Assembly: GCA_022813865.1 (NCBI GenBank)
Contig: JALDZX010000028.1
Location: forward strand, 62,001 to 126,000
Source: Xylographa opegraphella
Taxonomy: Eukaryota
DNA length: 64,000 nt
Direction: 5' to 3'
This document shows positions 12,554 through 26,521 of the stretch, piece after piece. The stretch's first letter is position 1. Every line of letters starts with the position of its first letter. The position numbers and the translations under genes are program-made. The notes beneath the pieces were generated by a model. The model was not told the origin of the DNA, made no database searches, and saw only the letters and a list, made by a program, of their open reading frames with translations.

Positions 12554-13227
12554 TTATATCCGCTCTCGTAGCTTCGCAATGATTCCATCTACGGCTTCCA
12601 TATCTGCAGCTTCAATATGCACTTTCGTCTTTAGCCTCTCCGGGAGGGCTTTTATGGTTTCATCTGTTCCTGGCTGATAGTTCCGCATCTCGCTCGAAAG
12701 TGCGTACAGCGCCTTTCTCCTTACATTTTCGTCTTTTTCTTCCACAGCTATGTTCACCAGGGCAGGTATAGCTCCCATTACTAGAGCCTAAAACATGCCT
12801 GTTAGTTTTCGAGCCATTCACGAGCACTCTAACGCAGAAGACTTACTCTCTCCTGCGCCTTCTCGTTATTTTGCACCGCAGTGCCCACACACCAAGCCGC
12901 CATTCGTCTCAATTGTCCCTCTTCATTCTTCAGTAGCTCAACCAGGGGTGTCCATAACCCAAGCGGCTCAAGGTTATTTGCGTTGTCAATGCTCTCTATT
13001 AGTTGCTCGAAGTTATCGAATGCGGTGAGTTTATTCTCGAGAGTTATGTCAGGAGATAGAATGGCATCCATAGATTGCTTCATGAGATCCGCATCTGACG
13101 GACCGCCAAAGATGGCTTGCAATATTGCTGGGTCGAGTGGTCGTGGTGGAGGAGCATCGGGTGACGGGGTGGCAGTTGAGGAGTTCTCGATACCCCATTT
13201 GAGAAGATGATTCATTCCAGGATCCAT
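12554..13227 (-). CDS. FES1: Hsp70 nucleotide exchange factor Fes1 (2 exons)
   Basis: [65 protein letters not shown]. Intron about 12788-12846. Confidence 0.93.
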
Positions 13228-14456
13228 TATGAATGTGAGTTATGATGCTCTTGAAGTATCAGCGGGTGGAAGGTTATGTTTGGCGTTCGTGTAGTATCTA
13301 GAATGCCTAGAAGACGAGGTAATAAAATTATGTTGAAGAGCACTCAATTATAATCACCGTTAGAGTAGAAGTGAAATTGGAGTGGCTGGTGAACAGAAAG
13401 GATGCACTGTAGGATCTAGATAGTGAACAATGAACTCTTGATACGCGAACTAAACAATCGTAGAGAATGGTAATGGGCTTGCGATAGGACAGATGGTTCG
13501 TGAAACATCTTTAGCGTTCTCTCGCCTTCTAAATGTTCCTCCGAGCGATGTTGAATGTCGACGGTCACTCAGACGTCTTTATGTACAAGACGACAACGAG
13601 TCTGAAGCAATGAGTGCTGATTATATACCAGCAACTCCAGACCGTTCATCTTGACAGCTTACGCAGTGTATCTGTGCGATTTCAATCGACCACATTGCGC
13701 TTCTGTCGAACATGAAGCTTGTTGGGGGCCTACTCGTACCCCGCGCCAATCAAAAGCTTTGGCTGAGGGACTACGCATCCACCCCGCTATTCGATAACGA
13801 GATAGGCGCCATTCAACTAAATCGTCTATGGTAAAGTATGGTATTATTAGTTTCACAGGATGTGGCATTACCGAATTCCTGTCTATTCCTATTCTCCCCC
13901 TATTCCAGCCGTCTGTCCCGGAAATACAAGAAGTAGCTGCAATAACGAGTATGGCAGTTTCACTGCAAGAGATGGCAAGAACGTAAGCAACGGCATAACG
14001 ACACGAATCTGTGTGCATAGCCACCGAGCTTCATCGCATCCTCGGCAGTCATGGACGCGCGTAGGATTGGTACATTCCTTCGCTGCCTGGACAATAGAAC
14101 ATCAAAATATGATGCCAAGAGATCAGTGATGTTGCCTTTCGTAGTATAAGACCGTTGCACTTGTTCCCAGCCTCTTCAACTGGCTGGGGAAAATGACATT
14201 CGTAGGCTCGCTGTCGCGGAACCACTTCACCCTCGTCACTAAATTAGCAGCCTCGCTTGCCACTACTCCCACAAGGATTTAACTCCAAGCGCTCTTTCCT
14301 TCTGCGCACCTCTGTGAACAACAAGGACAGCTCAACGCTTGCCACCTACCCTCTTCTCATCATACACTTTACTTGCTCGCAGTAGATTCTACCTAGAGCA
14401 ATCTCAGAAATATTCAATTTCTTCCGGTCCCCTAATACTTTTCGATCACTACCATC

Positions 14457-16001
<1,545 letters not shown>

Positions 16002-17220
16002 GGTATGCCTCGGGGAATGGGAGCTCGGAGGGGGGGGGGGAGAGGTCGGAATTGGTCTGACTGCGTGCTAGTGAAGTCCCCGGATACATGGAACACGTTC
16101 GAGGCATGGGGACAAGGTGGGGGTGGGCGAAGTCTGGGCAAGAAGCGCGTCACGAGTTGTTTTACGATAAGGAGCGAGACGCGGACAGGACTTTGGGCGA
16201 GGCTGGCGGGTGTGCGAATGCCATGGCAGTGTGGGATACGGTGCTCCATTTCTTAGATTGTCGGGCGAAAAAGAAGTTGACCACTACATGCGTGAGGTTG
16301 TGATAGAGACAGCAAATTCTTTTCGTTCGAATTTCCGTGAAGGCTGTTGGCACGGCACGGCACGAATTCTGATAATAGACTGCCAAATCCGTGCTACGAG
16401 GACGGCTCTAATGCGCCAATGGGTGCTGCATTGTGTGCCTTGCAGAAATCACGGGACACGTGGCTCGTTTATTACCTTTTGTTTACCTGTTCTCGGGACC
16501 CTGAACCTTGGACCCTGAACTGTTTGGTATGCCAACCACACCAGGTGTGCATACCGCTAAGGTAGTGACTTTTTACTTCGCCGTTCGCCGTCAACAGTAG
16601 CACTTTTGTGAAGCCAACGCCCATGATTCTGTAAGCTGCAGATCGGAGATGGAGCCGGCCTGTGAAACGTCAAGAAGGATGCGGCTCTGAACACATCTGA
16701 TATCGGGCTAAAACGTACCGGAGCTTGCTGCCAACCCTAAGTGCATGACGCTTGGCCCAGGTCGTCGGTTGCAGAAACAGGGTCCAACGGTGCATCCCGT
16801 CACGCGGGCCCCTACCGCATTGGGCAGTAGTTGAGAGGCTAAGGGGAGTTTTCATTTCCTGCCACAGTAACAGGAGGTCTCGCTCTGCTTTCAACTCAGC
16901 TCCGAGGCCGTGTGCGCCTCTTTTAGTCAGGTAAAAGTGCCTACCTCCTTGGGACCTACACCGCTATGGCTCTCGCGTGACCCAACTCTTCACTCACTAC
17001 TCACTACTAGGGCACTTGGACGCTTGCACATTATTCCACTTCGGCCTTATGCACTTCCGACATTCCTTCCTGACACTCGCGCTTACTCTGTCCTCGACAC
17101 CAGGTCTTCAATCCACAGAAGTCAGTCGGGCACGTCGTGGCACAACCACGATGTCGAGACCGACCGCTTGTGTCTTCTAGGAACTCTTGTGTTCGTCTGT
17201 CCTTCCAGAAAACGAGAAAG

Positions 17221-18357
17221 ATGCGAAGGAGCGTCGTGGTCTTCTTGCTTGTCAATCTCCTCGTCATTGCGTTCCTGGTCCGAAGTGTCTTTACACTCAT
17301 CACTCTCTTGACCGAGACCGGTGACGCCGATGCCATTACGCATGCGGAGATCCCAGCTCTCGACACGCCTCTAATCGAAAGCCGTCCACAATTAATCCCT
17401 AAAATAATACACCAAACCTACATTAATGAGACCATCCCCGAACGATGGTTGGAACCGGTCCAACAGTGCCGGGACATGCACGAGGACTACGAGTACAAGG
17501 TGAGACTTCTGCACGGTCTTCGATGTGCACGGGCAACTCGACTGACTGTGTGTATCAAGCTATGGACAGATGCTTCCTCTCGTGAATTCATAGTTGACGA
17601 ATACCCCTGGTTCCTTGACACATACGACAAGTACCCCTTCGCAATCCAACGGGCGGACGTAATCCGCTATTTTGTCCTGGTGCATTTTGGTGGAACTTAC
17701 ATTGATCTGGACGACGTATGTGCCACGCCTATACCTGTTAAAGCTGAATTTGTCAGTGTTTGACTTCACTGCTAACTTCTTTGGCAGGGCTGCGCACGTC
17801 GTCTCGATCCTCTCAACTCCTATCCCGCTTGGCTGCATCGAACCGAACCAACGGGAATCTCGAACGATGCAATGGCCTCCGCACCTCATCACCCTTTCTT
17901 CCTGTATGTCATCGAGTCCCTTGCCTCCTACGACCGTGACTGGGGCCTCCCATATGTCACAGTCATGTATACCACCGGTCCACTCTTCCTCTCCGTCCTC
18001 TGGAAGAACTACATGTCATCTGGCAAGAATGTCGGAGACGGGGAAGACGGAGGTCGCGTCCGTATCCTGACAAGCGACGACTACCACCAAAAGCCCTGGA
18101 GCTTCTTCAATACGTTTGTGGGCAGCAGCTGGCATGGCGACGATGCAAGATTCATTTTTTGGATGGGAGACAATTGGTTATTGTTAACGACGATGGGTTT
18201 CCTGGTCGTGGGGGTGGTGGCCCTGATAAGCTGGTGGCTTTGGACCAAAATTGTCACGATGGGGCAGAGGAAGCAATATGGAATGAAGCCTCGATGGTGG
18301 ACGGGAGGCTCGAGATGGAATCAGAAAGTGGACTTGGAGAACCGCAGGCACGATTGA
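17221..18357 (+). CDS. SUR1: Mannosylinositol phosphorylceramide synthase, glycosyltransferase family 32 (Sur1/Csg1-like), 3 exons
   Basis: N-terminal TM, IPKIIHQT, IQRADVIRYFVLVHFGGTYIDLD (DxD), HHPFF, VMYTTGPLFLS, GSSWH, C-terminal TM. Introns 17500-17559 and about 17716-17787. Confidence 0.88.
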
Positions 18358-18787
18358 CTGCGGGCAACGGGGAGATGACTCAAACCGCCAGTCACCCAGA
18401 GGCGAGAACAGGAGCCCTGTGTGAGCGGCTCCTGAGCTGCAAGGTGACGGGTGCGCTGCACCAAGATGATGGGGGCAGGTCGGCCTCGAGTAGCAAAGAG
18501 GCCCGCGGTTGCAGTCGCATACAATCTGCGAATGTCCGTACGAAATCTCCAGCGGCTTTTTGCATAGCAGATTGTCAGTTTTGCATATTGCCTCAAAGCT
18601 CGAAATGTTCATTGTACCTTGCATAATAAGCCACCGCCAACCACCCCATGGTAGTTATCAACTATCATGTCCCACTTAAAAAGAACACTTCTCGCCCTCT
18701 ACCACCACGCCGAACGGCCGCATCTAGAATAAACTCCCCACCGGGCCCCCTATCCTCCCTAGGTAACCCTCTCTAATCCCCACCCCC

Positions 18788-18806
18788 TACATACATACAT
18801 ACATAC
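18788..18806. repeat. (TACA)n microsatellite, about 4.75 units
   Basis: tacatacatacatacatac read directly. Confidence 0.85.
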
Positions 18807-18873
18807 TCTAAACCCCCAACTCCACGGCCGACGTCACTCGATAAAAATATCCCCATCAACCCTCACCCTCCCC

Positions 18874-18895
18874 NNNNNNNNNNNNNNNNNNNNNN
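18874..18895. other. Assembly gap (22 N) within a poly-C tract
   Basis: Run of N flanked by C homopolymers. Confidence 0.99.
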
Positions 18896-18918
18896 CCCCC
18901 CCCCCCCACAAACCCACA

Positions 18919-19391
18919 ATGCGCACCCACGCCTCCCTCACCACCGACACAGACGCCAACGCCGCCGCGAGCGAGGCGCTCAAAGGAGCCGCCGTCGGAG
19001 CCGCGAAGGTGTGTGTGTATTTCCCCCTCGTTCCCATCATCCCATTATTCCCCTCCCCAACCCACCTCACCCACCTCACCCACCGCACCGCACCGCACCA
19101 CACCGCACCGCACCCGCTAACCACACACAGTACGGCCTCCCCCTCATCCTCCTCGCCCTCATCGGACAGTCCATCTCGCCCGCCTACCGCGCGCTGACGC
19201 CGCCGTTCAAGCTCTTCGTGCAGATGAGTGGCATGACTGTGGGGGGGATGGTCGAGGCTGATCGGTGGGTGAGGGCGTATGGGGAGGGGGTGAGGAGGAG
19301 GGGGAGGGGGCTTGGTGGGAGGGGGGTAGGAGGAGGGGGAAGGGGGGAAGGGGAAAAGGGGGGGGAAGGGGAAATTGGGAGAAGAAGGTGA
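18919..19391 (+). CDS. Small membrane protein, Rcf3-like (respiratory supercomplex factor), 2 exons; 3' end uncertain
   Basis: Exon 1 18919-19008 (...EALKGAAVGAAK), intron GTGTGT..GCTAAC..CAG 19009-19130, exon 2 YGLPLILLALIGQSISPAYRALTPPFKLFVQMSGMTVGGMVEADR. The tail lies in G-runs. Confidence 0.65.
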
Positions 19392-19546
19392 AGGAGGCGT
19401 GGAGGACGGGGACGGGATGAGGAAGGGGTTGGGGTGGGGTGGGGTTACGGAGAGGGACAGACGGCGATGGAGGCGTTGGGCCGGGGTCGTGCATCTGCGT
19501 ATGAAAACCGTTGCGGCATCGACCAGGGGAGCGGCGGTTTCCGGCG

Positions 19547-19586
19547 GGGAATAATACTGTTCCGCTGGGAATAATACTGTTCCGCT
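19547..19586. repeat. Perfect 20-bp tandem duplication GGGAATAATACTGTTCCGCT x2
   Basis: Read directly. Confidence 0.9.
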
Positions 19587-19853
19587 GGGCTTGTACCGGG
19601 TGAGCCGGGCAAAGGCAGGGAGGGCATGCGGGCATGGCGTCAAAGTGTGGAGAAAGCCGAGGAAAATGGGTGTCGTTCGATGATGGAATGCATAATGTCT
19701 CAAAGCGCTACTCGATATGCTTCGACTTTTGAGGGTGTCTATCAACATGCGTGAGATACCCAGAGACTGAAATTGCCGCCCGTTTTTGCTAACCCAATGC
19801 TAATCCATGCAACATCACCCCACCCGCCCAGCTCCATGACCCGATGTTCGTAA

Positions 19854-21610
19854 TCAATCCAAAAACGTAAAAAGATTCGTGTGCAGGATGTTGATGGCGC
19901 GGTCTGCGTCTCTTTCTTCAATCACACAGGAGATATTGATCTCGCTGGCCCCTGTACATTGAACGAGTCGATCAGCTGCCGTGCTCCGGTCTTGCTAGAC
20001 AGGATCTTTACCTTGAGAGATCATCTCGATATTCACATTGTTCTCCCCCAACGTTGAAAACATCTTCCCTGCAATCCCGATCATATTCTTCATCTGCCTC
20101 CCCACAAGACTCAGGATGGCCATGCCGTCGATGATGTCCACGGTACCATACTGCCGGAGTTCTTCTATCGCGCCTCGCAGATCGTGGTCCACAATCTTCT
20201 TCTCGTCTTCCCCGCCTCCGCTGACCAGAGCGGACTCGGAGTGCAAGGCCATGGAGACATGCACTTCGGACGTTGAGATCAGGTCAACGGACAATCGCCA
20301 TTTGTCGAGGGTCGAAAATATTTTGGCAAAGAAACCGTGGGAAAGAGATCGCTTGTTGGAATGAACGTTCAGCACTAAAATCTTGTGCTTGATTGTGACT
20401 GCCGTAGGGCGCTTTGGTCGTTGGGTGGAGGAAAGGAGGCTGGCACTGCGATTGCGGAAGAGCTTCGGGTCGTGGCCGGGGGAGGAACTGCTCACGTCGC
20501 CAATAGGGTCTGGAGCAATTACGGTACCAGACCCTCGTGGGTTCATGACATTCTTGATGCGGATAGGTATCCTAGCACGAATGACCTGTTCCATTGTGAA
20601 AGGGTGGATGACCTCGGAACCGTAAAAAGTAAGCTCGGCTGCCTCCGCTGGACTGATAGTAGGCAATAGCCTTGCCGTAGGAACTTTTCGTGGATCGGCT
20701 GTAAAGATTCCATCGACTTCCTTCCACACTTGCAGCTCTTCCGCTCCGAGTCCCACGGCCAGGAGGGCGGCGCATAAATCAGTATACCCTCTTCCTACCT
20801 GATTTAGCAATCCACCTTGTACTATCCCAAAGTAGCCGGTGACCACCGGGATTTTATTTCCACATTCCTCAGTCTTCTTCCTCAACGCAGAAGCCAATTT
20901 TGCGTAGAATTCGTAGTCTAATCCATGCGGAGACTTGAAGTCGATGATATCCGAAAGGTTTACAAACTGTGCATCAACGCCTCTGTCCTGCAGGAGCGCT
21001 GCCATCAGCCGACAACCAAGGTTCTCGCCCTTGCTGATTATGTTGTCGATCGACCGCGAACTTATTTCGCCAACCCTCTGCACTGCTGCCAGAAACGCCA
21101 CGAGGTCTCGGCATTCTTCCTCAATATCGGCTATGAGATCAGGGATGACAGTCCCCGACTTAATGAGCTCCTTTGCGGCGCCGATATGCTCATCACGGAT
21201 GCAATTAACAATCTCCTCGTATTCTCTTGAATGGCTGTTCTCCGCTTCCCTCGCCGCTCGAAGGAGTCTGCAGCATAACGTCAACAGAAAATACGGGCGC
21301 CTGGAAACATAACGACTTACCTATTCGTGGTACCTTCACCCTTCGACAGGCTACTGCGGGCAGAGCATACGACAGCGATACGGTTTTCACCAATACTTGG
21401 CCTGCAGCACCCAATTAGCAGGACCCTGAAGCACAGACAGCACAGGACAAACCTCACAATATCCTCGGCAATCTTGTTCGCAAATTTCCCAATACTCGTC
21501 CCGCCAAACTTTTGTATTACCCATGGCTTTGACCGGTCATTTCGCAGAAGCGCTGGCTTCTGCAAAGCACCATGGTCATGATAGCCATTCGTGAGAGAAT
21601 CCAACCCCAT
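19854..21610 (-). CDS. HOM3: Aspartate kinase (4 exons)
   Basis: VIQKFGGTSIG, VVCSARS, GRGYTDLCAALLA, WKEVDGIFTADPRKV, EAAELTFYGSEVIHPFT, ACT-domain C-terminus NIEMISQG|ASEINISCVI...LHTNLFTFLD*. Confidence 0.96.
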
Positions 21611-22287
21611 CGCCCATGTGCACTGTAGTGACTGTCTAGTCTATTAAAGGAAGAGGATGCATGTGTAATTTACATTTCAAGAATTTTTGTTAGTCACCTT
21701 TCAATATGGTCCAGCCCAAGGGTCTGCGGGGGGTTTCCGCGGTGCACGGTCATGACGTGCTAGAGCCTAGCGAAGGGCCGCTATTAGGCGACTTAGGGTT
21801 AAGGACCAGCTTGAGCGACTGCAGAACTTTCGGGAATTAAATTTGAATGAACTCAGCATCAGAACGATTAAGTCACCAGAATCACTCTATCCACGACAGT
21901 TTTAACTCAAGTCAATTCACAAATGTGCAACAACATCACTGCGGGTACAGTGGTTTATCTATTATCTACTTGCGTCCTGCAATATACTGTAGTTCGCTGA
22001 AATGCCAGAGTAAGTACTCTGGCAGATTGCAAGTCCATATGGGTATCTTCGACCTACCGTCCATAAATCAACCCCTGCGGCATGAACCCTCCGTCATAAC
22101 CATAGTAGTCAAGCTTGCATCATAGGACATCATCATTCCCAACATCGACCCATCGGCTTCAGCGCAACGAAATTACCGTAACGCTCAAACCAAAACCTGT
22201 TGCATGCGATGTTAAGTTTCCCTCCCATGCTGATTATCCCCCAGTCCGCTATCGTGAGAGCTGTCGTGAATACCATCTCGTCACCGC

Positions 22288-24057
22288 TCACCGCCGATAC
22301 GGATCGCCATCCCAATCCCGAACTCGATCCCTTTCACGAACTCGGTCTTTGATCTGATGCGCTGCTGGACTCCGACTCCGTCTTCTCCCGGGCTCGTATG
22401 GCGCTCGCTCTCCATTCCGACCACGGTCATTCCTTTCTGGCCTTGGTGCACCATCATGTCTGAGTCTTGGACCATCTGTGGCATTCCCATAGCTTGGAAA
22501 ATAAGTGTCGACAGAACTTGTGCCGTGCGGCGGATGTCCTCCTCTTGGAGGCCCATGCCTAACCCTTCCCAGATCCGTCGGCCCCTCTCCTACCCAACCT
22601 TGCCATTGCACATTGCTTGGTGGAGGTCTTGGAGGTAGTGCTGGATTGTATTGGAGTCCCGATTCACGCTGCCAAGCGGGCTTGCGTTCATTGAGATGGC
22701 TGGGCGGAGGAGGTGGTGGCCCAGCTCCACGCATATGAGTATTTCCTTGTTGGGGAGGTCCGCGATTATCGTAGCCATTTCGAGGTGGTCCATGATGAGG
22801 ACCGGGACCCGGCGGCCTTCGCGGTTGATGACCGTTGACATGACCACCACCATTAGCCCACTCGCCATTGGGCCCCATACCAACGGTTCCACCTGCTGGT
22901 GCTGGCGGTAACGCCGCTTGCGTTCTGAACTTTCTCCTGTCTAACTCGTGTGATTCTTCAAATTGAGGTAATTCACCAGGTTTTGCAGGATAAGGGGCCT
23001 CTTTGAAGTAAGGGTGATGCAGAGCATCCATTGCGTTGATCCTTTTCCGCCAGTCAAGTGTCAGGAATTCACCAAGCAGTCGGATGACGGAGGAGCCCTG
23101 CTCCCGAAACCTCTGGTTGAGTGTACTTGTACGTGACTGAAACGACTTGACACCTTCACATCCAGGCAAACTGGCCCAGCCAGGCATGTTCTCTTCTGTC
23201 GGCGAGCCCACTAGATCGAAAATGAGCTGCGCTTGATTGAGGTCGCTACTTCCAGCTAGTATCGGCCGTCCGGTAAACATCTCACCAAAGACACAGCCAA
23301 CTCCCCACATGTCAATGGCAGGAGTGTATCTGCGTAACTGAAGTAAGAGCTCTGGAGGCCTATACCATCGGGTGACGACTAGCGTTGTGTACTCCCGTGT
23401 GGCATCCCCGTTTCCCTTCCCTGGTTGCGGAGCTGGATCTTCATACGGCCTGGCCAAGCCAAAATCAGCTATCTGAAGTATACCCTTGTTGTTGATAAGC
23501 AGATTTGCAGCTTTCATGTCTCGATGTAGAATTTGTCGAGCATGAAGGTAGCGAAGTCCTTCCAGCAGTTGAAGCATGTAGCATTTGATCTGTGGCTCGG
23601 TAATACGAACAGCAGGGTTCTCTAGAAGACCAGAAAGATCATGGTCCATGTAAGGTGTAACCATATACATTATGGCCTTCTTCCTTCCTCCCCCTCCTTT
23701 TGAATGCTCCACCGCCATTTCTTCAAGTTTCAAGATATTAGGATGTGATAGCATCTTCAGCAACTTGATCTCTCGGAGCGCAGTAATCGGGAAGCCGTCC
23801 TTTTCGTTGTGCATCAAGATTTTCTTCAGTGCCACCATGTGTCCATGTTGCTTTGACCGAGCCTTGTGTACCTCCCCGAAAGTCCCTTCGCCTAGCTTGT
23901 CCAGCATTTCGTAATTTTTGATGCTTGAACAACCCTGAAATCTAGAACGGCCATCCACGGCTTTTTCTAGCGACATTCTGTTTTTGGAGACGGAGTCAGT
24001 CGGTGCTCCACCTGAATCCTCTGGAGAATTGCTTGTTTGGTGAGGAGTTGAAGACAT
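22288..24057 (-). CDS. BUR1: Cyclin-dependent kinase Bur1/Sgv1 (CDK9 family), intronless
   Basis: [49 protein letters not shown], followed by a Pro/Gly/Arg-rich tail. Confidence 0.93.
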   Translation of the reverse strand: MSSTPHQTSNSPEDSGGAPTDSVSKNRMSLEKAVDGRSRFQGCSSIKNYEMLDKLGEGTFGEVHKARSKQHGHMVALKKILMHNEKDGFPITALREIKLLKMLSHPNILKLEEMAVEHSKGGGGRKKAIMYMVTPYMDHDLSGLLENPAVRITEPQIKCYMLQLLEGLRYLHARQILHRDMKAANLLINNKGILQIADFGLARPYEDPAPQPGKGNGDATREYTTLVVTRWYRPPELLLQLRRYTPAIDMWGVGCVFGEMFTGRPILAGSSDLNQAQLIFDLVGSPTEENMPGWASLPGCEGVKSFQSRTSTLNQRFREQGSSVIRLLGEFLTLDWRKRINAMDALHHPYFKEAPYPAKPGELPQFEESHELDRRKFRTQAALPPAPAGGTVGMGPNGEWANGGGHVNGHQPRRPPGPGPHHGPPRNGYDNRGPPQQGNTHMRGAGPPPPPPSHLNERKPAWQRESGLQYNPALPPRPPPSNVQWQGWVGEGPTDLGRVRHGPPRGGHPPHGTSSVDTYFPSYGNATDGPRLRHDGAPRPERNDRGRNGERAPYEPGRRRSRSPAAHQIKDRVRERDRVRDWDGDPYRR

Positions 24058-24178
24058 TGCATTTGTTGAACAGCAAGTTATGCGCTTGAAGACTGTTCAG
24101 ACGCTGCATCTAGCTGGATAGGGTCATAGACATGGTGCATTGGGTAATGAAGTGCTTTGAAGTGACACCCGAAAGCGG

Positions 24179-24249
24179 ACGATGGGTGATGCTAACGATG
24201 GGTGATGCTAACGATGGGTGATGCTAACGATGGGTGATGCTAACGATGG
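24179..24249. repeat. 16-bp minisatellite ACGATGGGTGATGCTA, 4.4 perfect copies
   Basis: Copies at 24179, 24195, 24211, 24227 and a partial copy at 24243. No spacers. Confidence 0.95.
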
Positions 24250-25111
24250 CTGAGAGTTGTATGACAATAGACGCAAATTCATACTGAAGTAAGATTGTAG
24301 TGAATTGCGGTGAGGACTGAGCGAAAATAGCCTTATTAGTGCCTGGACAATAAGAAAGTCACGTCCTATTTGATGTCAGGTAGTAGTAAGTACTCCGGTA
24401 AAGCTACAGCAGTGCTAGCCACGGAATTTGCCGAGCCTCAGCCCTGCCTGGTATGTGGACGCATCCACAACGACTTCAAATACGACATCAAGGTAATCAA
24501 TCGAGCTCCGATAAAATTGACTCGGTAATTATTCCTCAACTGTCTATACCAGGTCAAGCTGACTTGATAGAACAACTAATTGTCCCACAATGGCTGGCCC
24601 TGGTCATGGTCCGGCGCCTGGACACCATCCCATCCACATGCATCCGGTATGTCCAAAACTAGTGGATACCTACACCAAAGAGGCATTTAATGGTACGGGC
24701 TTGAGCTAAGATATGACAGGTCCGACCACTGTATCGCTTTGCAGCGACAGGACTGGGCGCTTCAATGTGGTTCTTTGTGAGCATCTTCAGTATCTGGAGT
24801 CTTAGTCCTTACTGATGCCTCGGCAGTTGATGTACAGAGCCAAGAAGGACGGAGCCGCTTTATTAGGATGGAAGCATCCGTGGGACCATTGAGCAGGTCC
24901 CAACAATCAGGCAACATATCAGGTGCATATAGCTTGACGCTAGGAATGGAATCAAACAGCACTACTGCTTCGAACGAACAACGAGATGTATGAGGGTACA
25001 TTGAAGTTGAGCCAAATCATCGGCTGGAGCATGACACATCGTGCCAGTCAGTAATTGTCTAAGGACCTGTATTTGTGCCGGGAAATAGTCCGCCTATAGA
25101 CGCTCCACAAA

Positions 25112-26307
25112 CTATCTTGAATTCTGTGAATTCTGCTTCTCAAAGAGATAGTACGATACGCCCCAAGTATCTCCGCCCTGATATGCGAACAGCTCAGCGC
25201 ATGCCATATAGAAGATCTCCCATCTATAAAACCACATGGCTGTGCTCTGCTTGCCATAAGACTCCTCAAGATGAGGCCAGATTTCCTTCTTGTTTTTATC
25301 CATCTTGGACAACCAATCCTAGAGTATGTTAGCGGCACTGACAAGATGTTCCCGAATTTGGAAATCTTACCTCACACGTCTGCGCGTAATGCCTTCCATT
25401 TACCCACCATTGTTCTTGTAATTGTAGATCCTTCTGGAAGTAATGTAGTAGATCCGCACTGGGCATCGTACCGCCAGTGAAGAAGTGTGTGCTCATCCAA
25501 CCTTCCTCAAAATCGTAAGGTGTGGTTTTGTGAGCGAAGATGTGCACAAATAGCTTTCCACCTGGTACTAGGGCCCGGGATATCTTAGCCATGAGCAGTT
25601 CGTAGTTTTTCATATGCTCGAAAAGCTCGATAGATATCACACGATTGTATTTGGAGTGCTCGAATTCGTAATCCACCACATTTCCGGTTATGACCTCGAG
25701 ATTCTCCAAACTCTTTGATTTAGCTTGCCCATCTATATACTTCTTCTGTGTTCTTGAATTGGAAAATGCTGTGATTCTCGAATTTGGAAAGATCTCTGCA
25801 AGGTAGAGTGACGCGGAGCCCCATCCACATCTTTTGAGGGTCTTCTATCAGTGCTCTGTTTGGAGTCTCAAGGAATCATTCCGCACCCTAAATCCAGTAT
25901 CCTCATTCCATCCTTCAGCTCGGCCTTCTTAACATATGTTTCCAGCATCGCAATTTCCGCTTGCCCTAGCGTTTCCTTGCCTGTCGGGTAGAGGCAGCAG
26001 CTGTATTTCATTCTAGGGCCCAAACAGGCTTGGAGGACCCCAGTGCCAACCTCGTAATGCTGCTCGTTTGCAGTACCCGTCTCAATTGCCATGGGTCGAG
26101 TCCGTAACAGTTTAATGTACTCCATCTTAGTCTGGTATGCTTTCTCAAGGGAGGTACTATGAATAATGTTGATTCGGTCTCGTAGCTGTCGCCGAATGCC
26201 AATCCGTATAACGGACTGGGGCAGGTAGCCACCATCGAGGATCCAATCTGATGATAGTCAGTGACTGGTAGCAATCCACGTATGCACAACAACGGACCAT
26301 AATTCAT
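25112..26307 (-). CDS. SAM-dependent methyltransferase, cyclopropane-fatty-acid synthase / coclaurine N-methyltransferase-like (4 exons)
   Basis: [72 protein letters not shown]. Confidence 0.88.
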
Positions 26308-26521
26308 AATTGATAATTGCGTTCGACGTGAGCTAATATACGTTCTGGGAAGGGAAGTTGAAGCGCTATTCTAGTCAATCTGCCTATACTTGATGCCTTA
26401 CCTTATCCAGGCAGCTTATGTAGATACTTTCGCTTGCGAATCGACCACATTTTACAATTCATCGATTATCGACGTCATCATGTTATTTCGTGTTATGTAA
26501 GAATTATACTAGATAATGTCT

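Noticed and set aside
13289..13299. GTGTAGTATCT, matching the U2 snRNA branch-point recognition region
   Set aside because: Only 11 nt. The conserved U2 5' stem sequence and an Sm site are absent.
13296..13540. Heat-shock elements upstream of FES1
   Set aside because: GAA/TTC units are present but their spacing does not fit a canonical nGAAn array.
18355..18378. Stop-codon readthrough to a cryptic peroxisomal signal after SUR1 (TGA CTG)
   Set aside because: The extension would be LRATGR, not a PTS1, and the other stops I checked (SER3, HOM3, the methyltransferase) showed no TGA-CTA plus SKL-like ending.
18834..19748. 304-aa minus-strand ORF spanning the N gap
   Set aside because: Pro-rich mirror of G-runs. 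It crosses an assembly gap and overlaps the better supported Rcf3-like gene.
21793..21801. TTAGGGTTA as a telomere repeat or telomerase RNA template
   Set aside because: Only 1.5 units in a 680-bp intergenic region, too small for a Pezizomycotina telomerase RNA. At most a promoter telo-box.
24179..24249. CRISPR array
   Set aside because: No spacers, no cas genes, and a eukaryotic genome.
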